Positions 9,109-18,726 are shown, counted from the first letter of the stretch. The stretch: DNA of 41,836 bases from Candidatus Omnitrophota bacterium (GCA_017987425.1 JAGNTT010000001.1:1-41836), one strand, 5' to 3'. Notes: generated by a model from the sequence alone, not told the origin. A program made the numbers and translations.

Positions 9109-9200
9109 ACTTACCTCAACAATTATGTTTAAACCTTAAAAAGCTTAAACGGTTGACCCAAGCCTGTGGCATGGGCAGATTCTGCAGTGCAAAATCCGGG

Positions 9201-9632
9201 TTAAACTCTTCTCTTCTTACGCGGTCGACAACCGTTATGTGGTATCGGTGTGCAGTCACGAATGGAAGTAACTTGTAAACCGGCAGCTTGCAATGCGCGG
9301 ATCGCGGATTCACGTCCCGAACCCGGACCTTTAACAAGCACATCAACAGAAAGTAAACCGACTTCCTTGGCGCGCTTGGCTGCATCGGATGCGGCAACCT
9401 GAGCGGCAAAGGGAGTCGATTTCTTGGAACCGCTAAATCCAACTAAACCGGGAGAAGACCAAACAATGGTGTTTCCCTGTTTATCGGAGATCGTGATCAT
9501 GGTGTTATTAAAGGAAGCAAGGATCGTTACAAGACCGCTGGTGACGCCCTTAAGGGATTTCTTTTTGGCTTTCGCCTTTTTATTAATCGCTGCCTGGTCG
9601 ACTTTAACTGGTTGCTGATTTTTCGTTGACAT
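9201..9632 (-). CDS. rpsK: 30S ribosomal protein S11
   Basis: 143-aa ORF with [18 protein letters not shown] and a [14 protein letters not shown]-terminus. Confidence 0.95.
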   Translation of the reverse strand: MSTKNQQPVKVDQAAINKKAKAKKKSLKGVTSGLVTILASFNNTMITISDKQGNTIVWSSPGLVGFSGSKKSTPFAAQVAASDAAKRAKEVGLLSVDVLVKGPGSGRESAIRALQAAGLQVTSIRDCTPIPHNGCRPRKKRRV

Positions 9633-9646
9633 GTTTGATCCTTACC

Positions 9647-10024
9647 TTATTCGGCTTTCTTGATGATGGCGCCCACGTTGATCTTACGGCCTTTGCGCGT
9701 TCTGGCATTTGTCTTGCTTCTCTGACCGCGGACGGGCAGGCCTTTACGATGGCGAAGTCCGCGATACGTTCCGACTTCCATATGGCGGCGGATGTTCTGC
9801 TGAACTTCACGACGGAGGTCACCCTCAATGACATAATTTTTCTGGATGATGCTTGTGATACGGGAAAGTTCTTCTTCCGTCAGATCTTTGGCGCGCTTGC
9901 CCCGTTCCACTTTCGCTTCTGCCAAAATAATATGTGAACGTGTCCAGCCAATACCGTATAAATACGGAAGAGCCGCTTCAATGCGTTTTTCTCTGGGAAT
10001 GTCGACACCTAAGATACGTGGCAT
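9647..10024 (-). CDS. rpsM: 30S ribosomal protein S13
   Basis: [26 protein letters not shown]..., 125 aa. Confidence 0.95.
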   Translation of the reverse strand: MPRILGVDIPREKRIEAALPYLYGIGWTRSHIILAEAKVERGKRAKDLTEEELSRITSIIQKNYVIEGDLRREVQQNIRRHMEVGTYRGLRHRKGLPVRGQRSKTNARTRKGRKINVGAIIKKAE

Positions 10025-10030
10025 AGAATT

Positions 10031-10144
10031 TTATCCTTGTCTTTGTTTATGTTTGGGGTTCGAGCAAATGACACGCACGACCCGGTTGCGACGGACAATT
10101 TTACAATTGCTGCAAATTCTTTTAACCGATGATTTGACTTTCAT
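10031..10144 (-). CDS. rpmJ: 50S ribosomal protein L36 (zinc-ribbon form)
   Basis: Not in the ORF track because it is too short. My translation gives [37 protein letters not shown], at the canonical infA-rpmJ-rpsM position. Confidence 0.9.
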   Translation of the reverse strand: MKVKSSVKRICSNCKIVRRNRVVRVICSNPKHKQRQG

Positions 10145-10172
10145 ATGCTCCTCGGAATAAAGGACTGATCCT

Positions 10173-10391
10173 TCATTTTGACCTGTACGTTATACGTCCT
10201 CTGCTTAAATCATAGGGTGAAAGTTCAACTTTAACCCTGTCGCCCGGAAGGATTCGGATAAAATGCATTCTGATTTTTCCCGAAACGTGCGCTAAAACCT
10301 TGTGCCCCTGATCTGTCGTAACACGAAACATTGCGTTGGGCAACGCTTCTTCGATGACTCCTTCTACCTCTATTAAATCTTCTTTTGCCAT
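10173..10391 (-). CDS. infA: Translation initiation factor IF-1
   Basis: 72-aa [27 protein letters not shown]...[33 protein letters not shown]. Confidence 0.95.
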   Translation of the reverse strand: MAKEDLIEVEGVIEEALPNAMFRVTTDQGHKVLAHVSGKIRMHFIRILPGDRVKVELSPYDLSRGRITYRSK

Positions 10392-10393
10392 AG

Positions 10394-11152
10394 TTATAGG
10401 GTCAGAATTTCCGGCCCTTTAGTCGTAATTGCTATTGTATGTTCAAAATGTGCGGATGGTTTACCGTCTTCGGTAATCACCGTCCAGCCATCGGACAATA
10501 CTTTCGTCTGATGCCTGCCCAAATTCACCATCGGCTCAATCGCAAAAACCATCCCCTCTTTGAGAACCGGTCCCTGGTTGGGATCACCGAAATTTGGAAT
10601 TTCCGGCTCTTCATGAAGCTGCCGTCCTATACCATGACCGACAAAATTTCGAACAACAGAAAATTTATTTTTTTCGACGTGCTGCTGGATCGCCGAGGAT
10701 ATATCCGAAAGCCGGTTGTTGGGCCAAGCCTTTTCAATGCCCTTGTACAAAGATTCCTGCGTGACTTCCAGGAGCCTCAAACATTGCGGATCAACTTTGC
10801 CGATCGCAACCGTCATGGCGGTGTCGGAATAATAATCATCGTGAATAATTCCGACGTCTATGCTGACAATGTCGCCGTCCTTGACTTTCTTGGAACCGGG
10901 AATCCCGTGCACGACTTCTTCGTTGACTGAAACGCATGCGCATCCTGGAAATCCGCGGTAACCTTTAAAAGCGGGAAGCACATTCGCCCGACGGATAAGG
11001 CTTTCAGCCTTTGCGTCGATGTCTTTTGTCGTCATACCAGATTTTAAAGAACGTTCCAGCTCCCGAATAATGGAAGCCAGAATTTTACCAGCTTTTCTTA
11101 AAATGTCAATCTCTTCGGGCGTCTTGATTCTTATTGAATCTTTGGTTTTCAT
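10394..11152 (-). CDS. map: Methionine aminopeptidase type I
   Basis: 252-aa ORF with [14 protein letters not shown], metal ligands in [15 protein letters not shown] and FAIEPM, and HFEHTI. Confidence 0.92.
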   Translation of the reverse strand: MKTKDSIRIKTPEEIDILRKAGKILASIIRELERSLKSGMTTKDIDAKAESLIRRANVLPAFKGYRGFPGCACVSVNEEVVHGIPGSKKVKDGDIVSIDVGIIHDDYYSDTAMTVAIGKVDPQCLRLLEVTQESLYKGIEKAWPNNRLSDISSAIQQHVEKNKFSVVRNFVGHGIGRQLHEEPEIPNFGDPNQGPVLKEGMVFAIEPMVNLGRHQTKVLSDGWTVITEDGKPSAHFEHTIAITTKGPEILTL

Positions 11153-11792
11153 TTATATATTTTTTAAACTCTTCAAAAAGAAGGTCAGTTTCTTTATCGC
11201 CGTCAAATGAAACTAATTTATCCTGTTTACGATAATAATCTAAGATCGGGGCTGTGCTGGAACTGTAAACGTCCATCCTTTTACGGATTGTTTCTTCGTT
11301 GTCATCGGAACGCTGATAGAGCGGTCCGGAACACAGATCGCAGACATCGGCGACTCTGGACGGTTTATTGGTCAAATGGTAAACAGCACTGCACTTCTTG
11401 CAAATTCTTCGGCCGGAAATGCGCTTTAATATTAACGGCAGGCTAGCGTCAAGGTTTAGCACGAGGTCCAGGGACGAATTGATCTTTCTAAGAATCGCAT
11501 CCAGTTCTTCTGCTTGAGCCTGGTTGCGCGGATACCCATCGAGCATAAAACCTTCCGATGGTTTCAGATCTTTAGTGAGCTTCTGATCAACCATTTTGGT
11601 GATCACAGCATCAGGAACCAAGGCACCGCGCTCAATGTAGCTTTTAATTTCTTTAGCCAGAGGACTGTCTTTTTTAATTTCTTCCCGGAGAATATCGCCG
11701 GTGGAAATATGCAAAAGAGCAAAATAATCTTTAATCAACGCCGCGACCGAACCCTTGCCGGCGCCCGGAGGTCCTAACAAAACGATTTTCAT
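11106..11792 (-). CDS. adk: Adenylate kinase (zinc-lid type)
   Basis: P-loop MKIVLLGPPGAGKGS and a lid with CKKC...CDLC (four Cys). The 228-aa ORF overlaps the map start by 47 nt at its 3' end. Confidence 0.92.
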   Translation of the reverse strand: MKIVLLGPPGAGKGSVAALIKDYFALLHISTGDILREEIKKDSPLAKEIKSYIERGALVPDAVITKMVDQKLTKDLKPSEGFMLDGYPRNQAQAEELDAILRKINSSLDLVLNLDASLPLILKRISGRRICKKCSAVYHLTNKPSRVADVCDLCSGPLYQRSDDNEETIRKRMDVYSSSTAPILDYYRKQDKLVSFDGDKETDLLFEEFKKYINENQRFNKNQDARRD

Positions 11793-13147
11793 CGTCTCCC
11801 CCGGATATGCCCCGTCTTCATGAATCCTTCGTAATGGTGCATCTGGAGATGGGATTCAATCTGTTTCATAAAATCCAGCATAACACCGACGCAGATCAAA
11901 ACACCTGTTCCGCCGAAAAACGAAGCAACTAAATAAGGAACGCGGGCGGATGCCATGATCATGTCGGGCATGACGGCGATGATACAGATAAAGACGGCAC
12001 CAGCGAGCGTAATACGTGTCATGACAAAATCAAGATAATCGGCGGTGTTCTGTCCTGGTCTCACGCCCGGTATGAAACCACCATGCTTCTTCATGTTCTC
12101 TGATATGTCAATTGGGTTAAAAACAATGGCGGTATAAAAATAACAGAAAAACACGATTAAAAAAGCGTACAAAGCGTAATACCAACCCACCCCGCGGTGC
12201 AGTACCTGTGAAAGTTGTTGAAAGAACGGAGTCGGAATAAAACTTGCCAGAGTGGCCGGGAATAAAATGAGCGACTGCGCAAAGATGATGGCAATAACTC
12301 CCGATGTATCCACCTTCAGAGGAATAAATGTATTTTGTCCCTGCATCGTCTGTTTGCCGACCATACGCCGCGCGTATTGGACCGGAATACGACGCTGTCC
12401 CTGTGTGATCATCGTGATGCCCAAAATAACGAGGATCAAAAATGCAATCATCATGAGCAATGTCAACGGCTGAATCTGTGCAGCACCAGGAGTTTTCGGA
12501 TTGAGCATGAGATACAGCGTGCTCATAGCCGCCGGTGCGCTTGAAAGGATACCAGCCGTGATGATCAGCGACATACCGTTGCCGATCCCCTGCGACTGGA
12601 TTTGTTCACCCAGCCACATCAAAAGGATCGAACCGCAAGTCAATGTGATCATCGTCATCAAACAAAAACTCAATCCGGGTTTGTTAACGATCTGCAAACC
12701 TTGAAACGACTCAGGACTTTGAAGCCAAAGAGCAATGAAGTACGACTGTATCAGTGAAAGACCTAATGTTCCGTAACGGGTATACTGATTGATCTTTTGA
12801 TACCCCGCCTGTCCTTCCTTGGACAACTTTTCAAGTGCGGGAATAACAGCCGTTAAGAGCTGCATGATAATCGAAGCGGAGATGTACGGCATAACGCCCA
12901 AAGAAAAAAGCGTGAGCTTTTCAAGGGCTCCGCCGGAGAACATATTCATGATGCTAAATACACCGCCGCCGGTTGCTTCTGTGATACGGCGGAAATACTC
13001 GCTTAACGCAGCTCCGTTAATGCCCGGCGTGGGAATAAAACAACCGACACGATAAACGGCAATGATGGCGATTGTAAAAAGAATCTTCTTACGGAGTTCA
13101 GGTATCTTAAAACAGTTGGATATTCCTTTTAAAAATATTGAAAGCAT
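11789..13147 (-). CDS. secY: Preprotein translocase subunit SecY
   Basis: 452-aa polytopic ORF with LFSLGVMPYISASII and GNGMSLII, at the position between rplO and adk. Confidence 0.95.
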   Translation of the reverse strand: MLSIFLKGISNCFKIPELRKKILFTIAIIAVYRVGCFIPTPGINGAALSEYFRRITEATGGGVFSIMNMFSGGALEKLTLFSLGVMPYISASIIMQLLTAVIPALEKLSKEGQAGYQKINQYTRYGTLGLSLIQSYFIALWLQSPESFQGLQIVNKPGLSFCLMTMITLTCGSILLMWLGEQIQSQGIGNGMSLIITAGILSSAPAAMSTLYLMLNPKTPGAAQIQPLTLLMMIAFLILVILGITMITQGQRRIPVQYARRMVGKQTMQGQNTFIPLKVDTSGVIAIIFAQSLILFPATLASFIPTPFFQQLSQVLHRGVGWYYALYAFLIVFFCYFYTAIVFNPIDISENMKKHGGFIPGVRPGQNTADYLDFVMTRITLAGAVFICIIAVMPDMIMASARVPYLVASFFGGTGVLICVGVMLDFMKQIESHLQMHHYEGFMKTGHIRGRR

Positions 13148-13157
13148 AGTATCCGAT

Positions 13158-13619
13158 TTAAGATTTGACGGGATTCAAAACAACCACTTCGGCTTTACCG
13201 CCGGCTTTGGTGATCTTTTCCTGAGCAGACTTGGAAAAAGCCTGAACTTGAATTGTCAAACGCTTGGAGATGTCTCCGGCGTTGAGGATCTTAACGGGAC
13301 GGCGAACGCTCTTGATCAATTTCTGTTCTTTTAAAGTTTGAACAGTGACAACGGCGCCGTCTTTAAACTTGTTCAATTCGTTTAACGGGACGATCTGGTA
13401 ATCCATCGGTCTGCGACTGTTAAACCCGACTTTGGGAAGACGACGGATCAGGTGCATCTGACCGCCTTCCAAGCTAAAGAGGATAGCGCGACCAGCGCGT
13501 GCATGCTGACCAGTTTGACCACGTCCGGAAGTTTTACCATGACCGGAACCTCTACCGCGTCCGACGATTTTTCTGCGTTTATGTGCCCCTTTGGGGGATT
13601 TCAATTCATGTAAGTACAT
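13158..13619 (-). CDS. rplO: 50S ribosomal protein L15
   Basis: MYLHELKSPKGAHKRRKIVGRGRGSGHGKTSGRG..., 153 aa. Confidence 0.95.
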   Translation of the reverse strand: MYLHELKSPKGAHKRRKIVGRGRGSGHGKTSGRGQTGQHARAGRAILFSLEGGQMHLIRRLPKVGFNSRRPMDYQIVPLNELNKFKDGAVVTVQTLKEQKLIKSVRRPVKILNAGDISKRLTIQVQAFSKSAQEKITKAGGKAEVVVLNPVKS

Positions 13620-13621
13620 AA

Positions 13622-14275
13622 TTAACTCTCAATGGTAACTTTGATTTCTTCCAAGGATTTCAAACGGCTCATCCCTTCAAATGCGGCCTTGACAACATTG
13701 ATGGGATTATTGGAACGATGACATTTAGTGAGAATATTGGTGATGCCTGCACCGTCACAGATCGCACGGATCGGACCGGCGGCAATGACACCAGTACCTT
13801 CGGAAGCAGGCTTTAAAAGAACTTCTGCGCTTCCGCATTTACCGAGGATCTCATGGGTGATGGTGGTGCCGCGCATGTTAATTTTGACCATGTTGCGTTT
13901 AGCGCTACCTAAAGCTTTTTTAATGGCATTTGCGACTTCTCCGGCTTTACCTAATGAATAGCCGACTTTTCCTTTACCGTCTCCGACGACAACCAGAGCG
14001 CTGAACGCCAGACGGGTACCACCCTTGGTTGTTTTGGCGACACGGTTAATGGCAACGACTTTTTCAATTAAGCCGCTATCGGATTCCACCGGCTTGCGAG
14101 GACGAAAACCGCCACCGCCGCCCTTACGGGGGCCTCTTCCCTCAGGTTTACTGCTACCGCTATCGGGCGCTTCTTCGGTTACTTCGGGAGTTTCTTCACC
14201 GCCAGCACGCTGATCTTTTTTAGCACCCTTCACAGGAGCTTTCACATCATCTTTTTTAACAAAATCTTTTCCCAT
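13622..14275 (-). CDS. rpsE: 30S ribosomal protein S5 with an N-terminal Lys/Gly-rich extension of about 55 aa
   Basis: The S5 core (EKVVAINRVAKTTKGG...) starts near residue 70. It is 217 aa versus about 165 typical. Confidence 0.93.
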   Translation of the reverse strand: MGKDFVKKDDVKAPVKGAKKDQRAGGEETPEVTEEAPDSGSSKPEGRGPRKGGGGGFRPRKPVESDSGLIEKVVAINRVAKTTKGGTRLAFSALVVVGDGKGKVGYSLGKAGEVANAIKKALGSAKRNMVKINMRGTTITHEILGKCGSAEVLLKPASEGTGVIAAGPIRAICDGAGITNILTKCHRSNNPINVVKAAFEGMSRLKSLEEIKVTIES

Positions 14276-14290
14276 AATTTTTCTTAATCC

Positions 14291-14653
14291 TTAGAATTCC
14301 AAACCGCCTTTTCGCGCGGCTTCGGCAAAAGCTTTCACACGTCCGTGGTATAAGTAACCACCGCGGTCGAATGAAACTTTTTTGATACCCTTCTTTATGG
14401 CTTCGGCAGCCATCGACTCACCCAGTACGGCAGCTCCGTCGACGTTACCCGCATATTTAATCTTTGTGCGGATATCCTTGGCCAAAGTGGATTTCCCCAA
14501 AATGACTTTTCCCGTCGAATCATCGATAATTTGGGCCTGCATGTTTTTGATACTGCGATGCACGCACAAACGGGGGCGCTCGGTGGTCCCTGAGATCACT
14601 TTGCGGATGCGGGCATGACGATTAACTCTTTTATGTTCACTGACACTTAACAT
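14291..14653 (-). CDS. rplR: 50S ribosomal protein L18
   Basis: 120-aa ORF with RPRLCVHRSIKNMQAQIIDD and FDRGGYLYHGRVKAFAEAARKGGLEF. Confidence 0.95.
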   Translation of the reverse strand: MLSVSEHKRVNRHARIRKVISGTTERPRLCVHRSIKNMQAQIIDDSTGKVILGKSTLAKDIRTKIKYAGNVDGAAVLGESMAAEAIKKGIKKVSFDRGGYLYHGRVKAFAEAARKGGLEF

Positions 14654-14658
14654 AGCTT

Positions 14659-15198
14659 TTATTTGGTTACGGACTTACCTTGTTTACGTTTGACTACTTC
14701 ACCGGCGTAACGGATACCTTTACCCTTGTAAGGTTCCGGCGGTTTCTTTGAACGGATCTCGGCGGCAACCTGTCCCACCACCTGGCGATCCACACCTTCA
14801 ACTGAAATTTCTGTAGGCTTGGCTGACGTTACTTTGACTGTTTTAGGGATCACGTATTCAATCTGATGGCTGAAGCCCAGATTCATGATCAATTTCTCTC
14901 CCTGAACAGCAACACGAAAACCTACACCTTGAACTTCAAGATCTTTACGATGACCTTCGGAAACACCGTGCATCATATTACGCAAAAGCGCGCGTGTCGT
15001 TCCATGATTAGCAGAGGCCTGCTTGTTGTTGAGTTTCCTGGTGATAATAACCTTGCTGTCCTTTTGTTCAACAGCAACATCACGGGGCACGTCATAAGCC
15101 GCCTTGCCTTTTGGACCTTCAACCTGTATTGCCTGACCGTTGATGGCAATCTTTACATTCTTAGGAACATCTAATGGGATCTTACCGATTCTTGACAT
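14659..15198 (-). CDS. rplF: 50S ribosomal protein L6
   Basis: MSRIGKIPLDVPKNVKIAINGQ..., 179 aa. Confidence 0.95.
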   Translation of the reverse strand: MSRIGKIPLDVPKNVKIAINGQAIQVEGPKGKAAYDVPRDVAVEQKDSKVIITRKLNNKQASANHGTTRALLRNMMHGVSEGHRKDLEVQGVGFRVAVQGEKLIMNLGFSHQIEYVIPKTVKVTSAKPTEISVEGVDRQVVGQVAAEIRSKKPPEPYKGKGIRYAGEVVKRKQGKSVTK

Positions 15199-15210
15199 AA
15201 CTTTTATCCT

Positions 15211-15609
15211 TTACCAAATATAGCAGATCACTTCACCGCCGACGTTCAGCTTGCGTGCTTCGCGGTCGGTGATGACGCCCTTGGAAGTTGAAATAACAGC
15301 CGTCCCTAACCCGTTTAAAACTTTGGGAACCTTACCGCCCGTCGCATAAACGCGCAGACCGGGTTTAGAAATTCTTTTAAGTCCCATGATGGCGGCTTTT
15401 TTGTTTGTAGCGTACTTCAGATAGATCTTGAGAGTTCCCTGCTTGCTGTCTTTAAGCAAACGGACATCTGCAATATAACCATCGGTCTTAAGAATACCGA
15501 GGATTTTTTCCAAAAGCTTTGAAGCCGGGACGTCCACTGTCTCTTTTCTAGTGTTGACAGCATTACGGACACTCGTCAGCATGTTTGAAATTGGATCGGA
15601 AACAGACAT
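15211..15609 (-). CDS. rpsH: 30S ribosomal protein S8
   Basis: MSVSDPISNMLTSVRNA... and GGEVICYIW C-terminus, 132 aa. Confidence 0.95.
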   Translation of the reverse strand: MSVSDPISNMLTSVRNAVNTRKETVDVPASKLLEKILGILKTDGYIADVRLLKDSKQGTLKIYLKYATNKKAAIMGLKRISKPGLRVYATGGKVPKVLNGLGTAVISTSKGVITDREARKLNVGGEVICYIW

Positions 15610-15631
15610 AATTGAATACCCTTCTTAATAA

Positions 15632-15817
15632 TTACCAGCTTGCTTTTTTAACACCAGGAATTTCGCCACGTGAGGCCAATTCTCTAAAACAGATACGGCA
15701 AATGCCAAAACGGCGCAGATAACCTTTTGGTCTTCCGCAAATGGTGCAGCGGTTATGTTGTTGAGCGGAAAACTTCGGTTTTTCCTTTGCCTTATTAACT
15801 AATGCTTTTCTTGCCAT
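15632..15817 (-). CDS. rpsN: 30S ribosomal protein S14, short zinc-binding type (type Z)
   Basis: 61-aa ORF with [21 protein letters not shown] (CxxC...CxxC), ending KKASW. Confidence 0.93.
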   Translation of the reverse strand: MARKALVNKAKEKPKFSAQQHNRCTICGRPKGYLRRFGICRICFRELASRGEIPGVKKASW

Positions 15818-15867
15818 AAATTTTGTTGTTCCTTAAACGATTTCAATATATCGACGAGATTGTTTGA

Positions 15868-16413
15868 TTATTTAGTAAACGGCATCCCCAATAAACGCAG
15901 AACTTCAAATGACTGGTCCTTGCTGCCGCCTTTAAAAACAAACGTAATATCCATACCCTGGGTGCGGTAATCACGGGCAGCAACATCGATCTCCGGAAAA
16001 ATGCTCTGGTCCGAAATGCCTAGGCTGTAGTTGCCGGCACGGTCAAAAGCTTTTTTGGAAACACCATTGAAGTCGCGGATACGAGGCAGTGTAACGTTCA
16101 CCAGACGGTCCAAAAATTCATACATGCGGTAACGGCGCAATGTGACCTTGCATCCGATCGGAAGATTCTCACGGATCTTGAAATTCGAAATAGCTTTTTT
16201 TGTACGGGTGATGACCGGTTTCTGACCGGTAATAATGGCCAAGTCCTGAGCCGATCTTTCCAATAATTTGATGTCCCCGACCGCCTCACCGACACCCATA
16301 TTCACGACAATTTTTTCAAGGCGGGCAACAGCCATGACATTATCAACGCCGAACTTTTTTTGAACTTCAACGGATACTTCTTTTCGATATTTTTCTAGTA
16401 AACGGGGAACCAC
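15868..16413 (-). CDS. rplE: 50S ribosomal protein L5
   Basis: 181-aa ORF with NVMAVARLEKIVVNMGVGEA and LPRIRDFNG. Confidence 0.95.
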   Translation of the reverse strand: MVPRLLEKYRKEVSVEVQKKFGVDNVMAVARLEKIVVNMGVGEAVGDIKLLERSAQDLAIITGQKPVITRTKKAISNFKIRENLPIGCKVTLRRYRMYEFLDRLVNVTLPRIRDFNGVSKKAFDRAGNYSLGISDQSIFPEIDVAARDYRTQGMDITFVFKGGSKDQSFEVLRLLGMPFTK

Positions 16414-16437
16414 GTTCTTTACCTCAAATTTTCAATT

Positions 16438-16758
16438 TTAAATGACTTCGCCTGTTTCTTTGCTGATGCGGACCTTGCTGCCGTCCTTTAACAGTTTGGC
16501 AGAAATGCGCGACGGCTTGCTGGTCTTGCTGTCCACGATCATCAGTTTCGAAAGATGAATAGGTTTCTCCAGTTCAACATAACCGCCCTGCGGATATGTG
16601 TCGCTCTTGCGGACAGCTTTCTTGATCACATTGACCGACTCAACGATCGCACGCTGTTCCTTCGGAAAAACTTTCACAACTTTGCCGGTTTTACCTTTTT
16701 CCTTGCCGGAAATGACCATGACTTTATCATCACGTTTGATACGCAGCATATTAGACAA
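16438..16758 (-). CDS. rplX: 50S ribosomal protein L24
   Basis: IKRDDKVMVISGKEKGKTGKV KOW motif. An alternative start at M4 (16749) would remove the 8-nt overlap with rplN. Confidence 0.92.
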   Translation of the reverse strand: MSNMLRIKRDDKVMVISGKEKGKTGKVVKVFPKEQRAIVESVNVIKKAVRKSDTYPQGGYVELEKPIHLSKLMIVDSKTSKPSRISAKLLKDGSKVRISKETGEVI

Positions 16759-17119
16759 CCTCTGGTGCTAAAGAAATGATTTTCATATATTCCATGTTAC
16801 GTAACTCACGTGCGACAGGACCGAACACGCGGGTTCCCCTGGGATTACCGCCGTCATCAATGATGACAATGGCATTAGTATCAAAACGGACATAAGTTCC
16901 GTCCGCGCGGCGGATCGGAAATTTTGTGCGGACGATGACGCCTTTAGCCATGGAGCCTTTTTTAATGGCTGAATCAGGGCCAGCTTCTTTTACGTTAACT
17001 TTAACGATATCGCCTACCTGGGCCCAGCTTTTGCCTTTGGCATTGAGAACGCCGATCAAGGAAGCCTTGCGGGCGCCTGTATTATCAGCGACATCCAAGA
17101 TCGATTTGAGATAAATCAT
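16751..17119 (-). CDS. rplN: 50S ribosomal protein L14
   Basis: 122-aa ORF with DVADNTGARK and GTRVFGPVARELR. Confidence 0.95.
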   Translation of the reverse strand: MIYLKSILDVADNTGARKASLIGVLNAKGKSWAQVGDIVKVNVKEAGPDSAIKKGSMAKGVIVRTKFPIRRADGTYVRFDTNAIVIIDDGGNPRGTRVFGPVARELRNMEYMKIISLAPEVV

Positions 17120-17382
17120 TTTGCCTGTTCCTTCTTAACAATTTCGTTAATGACCCAGCGCTTTTCTCTCGAAATCGGGCGGGTTTCCATGATGGTTACA
17201 GTATCTCCGACCTTGCTGTCGTTTTTCTCGTCATGCGCTTTATATTTCACCATGTGCTGGACAGGCTTTTCGTATTTGGCGTGCTTGGCAACCCACACAA
17301 CTTTGACAACGCGGGTTTTCTGCATTTTGTCAGAAACAACAGTCCCCATCAGGGTTTTTCTGCGATTAACTCTTTTTTCCAT
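17116..17382 (-). CDS. rpsQ: 30S ribosomal protein S17
   Basis: RKTLMGTVVSDKMQKTRVVKV... and METRPISREKRW, 88 aa. Confidence 0.93.
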   Translation of the reverse strand: MEKRVNRRKTLMGTVVSDKMQKTRVVKVVWVAKHAKYEKPVQHMVKYKAHDEKNDSKVGDTVTIMETRPISREKRWVINEIVKKEQAK

Positions 17383-17575
17383 TGTCTTGTCTTTCTCTCT
17401 CGTTAAGGATGGTCAAAACACGCGCAATATTTCGTTTGATCGACCGGAACATGGCAGGCTTTTCCACGCGACCCATCTGGCGCTGATGATTCATTTGGAA
17501 AAGCTGTTCCTTAAACTGCTTTTCTTTCTGGACCAATTCTTCTTTGGATAAACTTTTCAATTCTTTAATCTTCAT
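17366..17575 (-). CDS. rpmC: 50S ribosomal protein L29
   Basis: MKIKELKSLSKEELVQKEKQFKEQLFQM..., 69 aa, with a 17-nt overlap with rpsQ. Confidence 0.92.
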   Translation of the reverse strand: MKIKELKSLSKEELVQKEKQFKEQLFQMNHQRQMGRVEKPAMFRSIKRNIARVLTILNERERQDNGKKS

Positions 17576-17589
17576 GGCTAGAACCTTTA

Positions 17590-18000
17590 TTAGTGAGCAC
17601 GAGTCACAAATTTAGTTTTGATCGGTAGCTTGAAAGCGACCAGACGTAAAACCTGTTTCGCGAAATCTTCCGGTATACCGCCGATTTCAAATAGGATCAT
17701 TCCCCGTTTGGCGATGCATGCCCAATGATCCAAATCGCCCTTACCTTTTCCCATGCGGGTTTCCGCCGGTTTTTTGGTGATGGGTTTGTGCGGAAAAATG
17801 TTGATCCACATTTTACCGGCGCCGCGAAGTTTACGGGCCACAACAACACGGGAAGCTTCGATATGGCCTGACTTCACAAAACCATTCTCAAGAGCTTTTA
17901 AGCCGTATTCGCCATAGCTTAATTTATTTCCACGCGTGGCAAGACCGCGGGTTTTACCTTTTTGTGTTTTACGAAATTTTACGCGTTTTGGCAGTAACAT
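17590..18000 (-). CDS. rplP: 50S ribosomal protein L16
   Basis: MLLPKRVKFRKTQKGKTRG..., 136 aa. Confidence 0.95.
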   Translation of the reverse strand: MLLPKRVKFRKTQKGKTRGLATRGNKLSYGEYGLKALENGFVKSGHIEASRVVVARKLRGAGKMWINIFPHKPITKKPAETRMGKGKGDLDHWACIAKRGMILFEIGGIPEDFAKQVLRLVAFKLPIKTKFVTRAH

Positions 18001-18021
18001 AACAGATCAATCTCCCTAAAT

Positions 18022-18714
18022 TTAAGACTTAGCTTCCTGTGCTTGCGGGACAGCGGCGGGAACTGAAACTTCCTCATCGCGACGATCCGTAATGACATCC
18101 CCTTTATAAACCCAAGCCTTGATTCCAATAATACCGTAAGTGGTTCTTGCTTCCCAGAAACCGTAATCAATATCGGCGCGCAACGTCTGCAAAGGAATTT
18201 TGCCTTCGCGATAGCCTTCAGTACGGGCCATTTCGGCACCGCCCAGACGACCGGAGCATCTAATCTTAATACCTTTAGCGCCGGCTGATCTAGCCTGATC
18301 AATCGCGCGTTTCATCGCACGACGGAAAGCCACACGCTTTTCGAGCTGAAAAGCGACGTTCTGAGCGATCAACTGAGCATCAATTGCCGGATTTTTAATT
18401 TCCTGAATATCGATGCTGATTTCTTTGGTGGTGATTTTGCCCAGATCGCCCTTCAAACGGTCTATATCTGCACCGCGGCGGCCGATGATAACACCAGGAC
18501 GTGCGGAAAAAATCTTCACCTTGATCTGTTCAGCCAAACGTTCGATGACTACGAGTGAAACAGCGGCCTGAACGAATTTCTGTTTGATATAATCGCGGAT
18601 TTTATAATCCTCAACGATATTTTTAGCAAAATCTTTTTTATCGGCAAACCATAGGCTGCGCCAGTTCTTGGTGTATCCGATTCGTAATGCGATTGGGTTT
18701 ACTTTTTGACCCAC
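18022..18714 (-). CDS. rpsC: 30S ribosomal protein S3
   Basis: [24 protein letters not shown]..., with a KH domain, 230 aa. Confidence 0.95.
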   Translation of the reverse strand: MGQKVNPIALRIGYTKNWRSLWFADKKDFAKNIVEDYKIRDYIKQKFVQAAVSLVVIERLAEQIKVKIFSARPGVIIGRRGADIDRLKGDLGKITTKEISIDIQEIKNPAIDAQLIAQNVAFQLEKRVAFRRAMKRAIDQARSAGAKGIKIRCSGRLGGAEMARTEGYREGKIPLQTLRADIDYGFWEARTTYGIIGIKAWVYKGDVITDRRDEEVSVPAAVPQAQEAKS

Positions 18715-18726
18715 AGATTAATCCCC

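Noticed and set aside
17979-18302. 107-aa minus-strand ORF overlapping rpsC and rplP in another frame. Analogous cases are 9116-9442 and 20698-20958.
   Set aside because: These are alternative frames of highly conserved r-protein genes, with no motifs or RBS. They are almost certainly non-coding.
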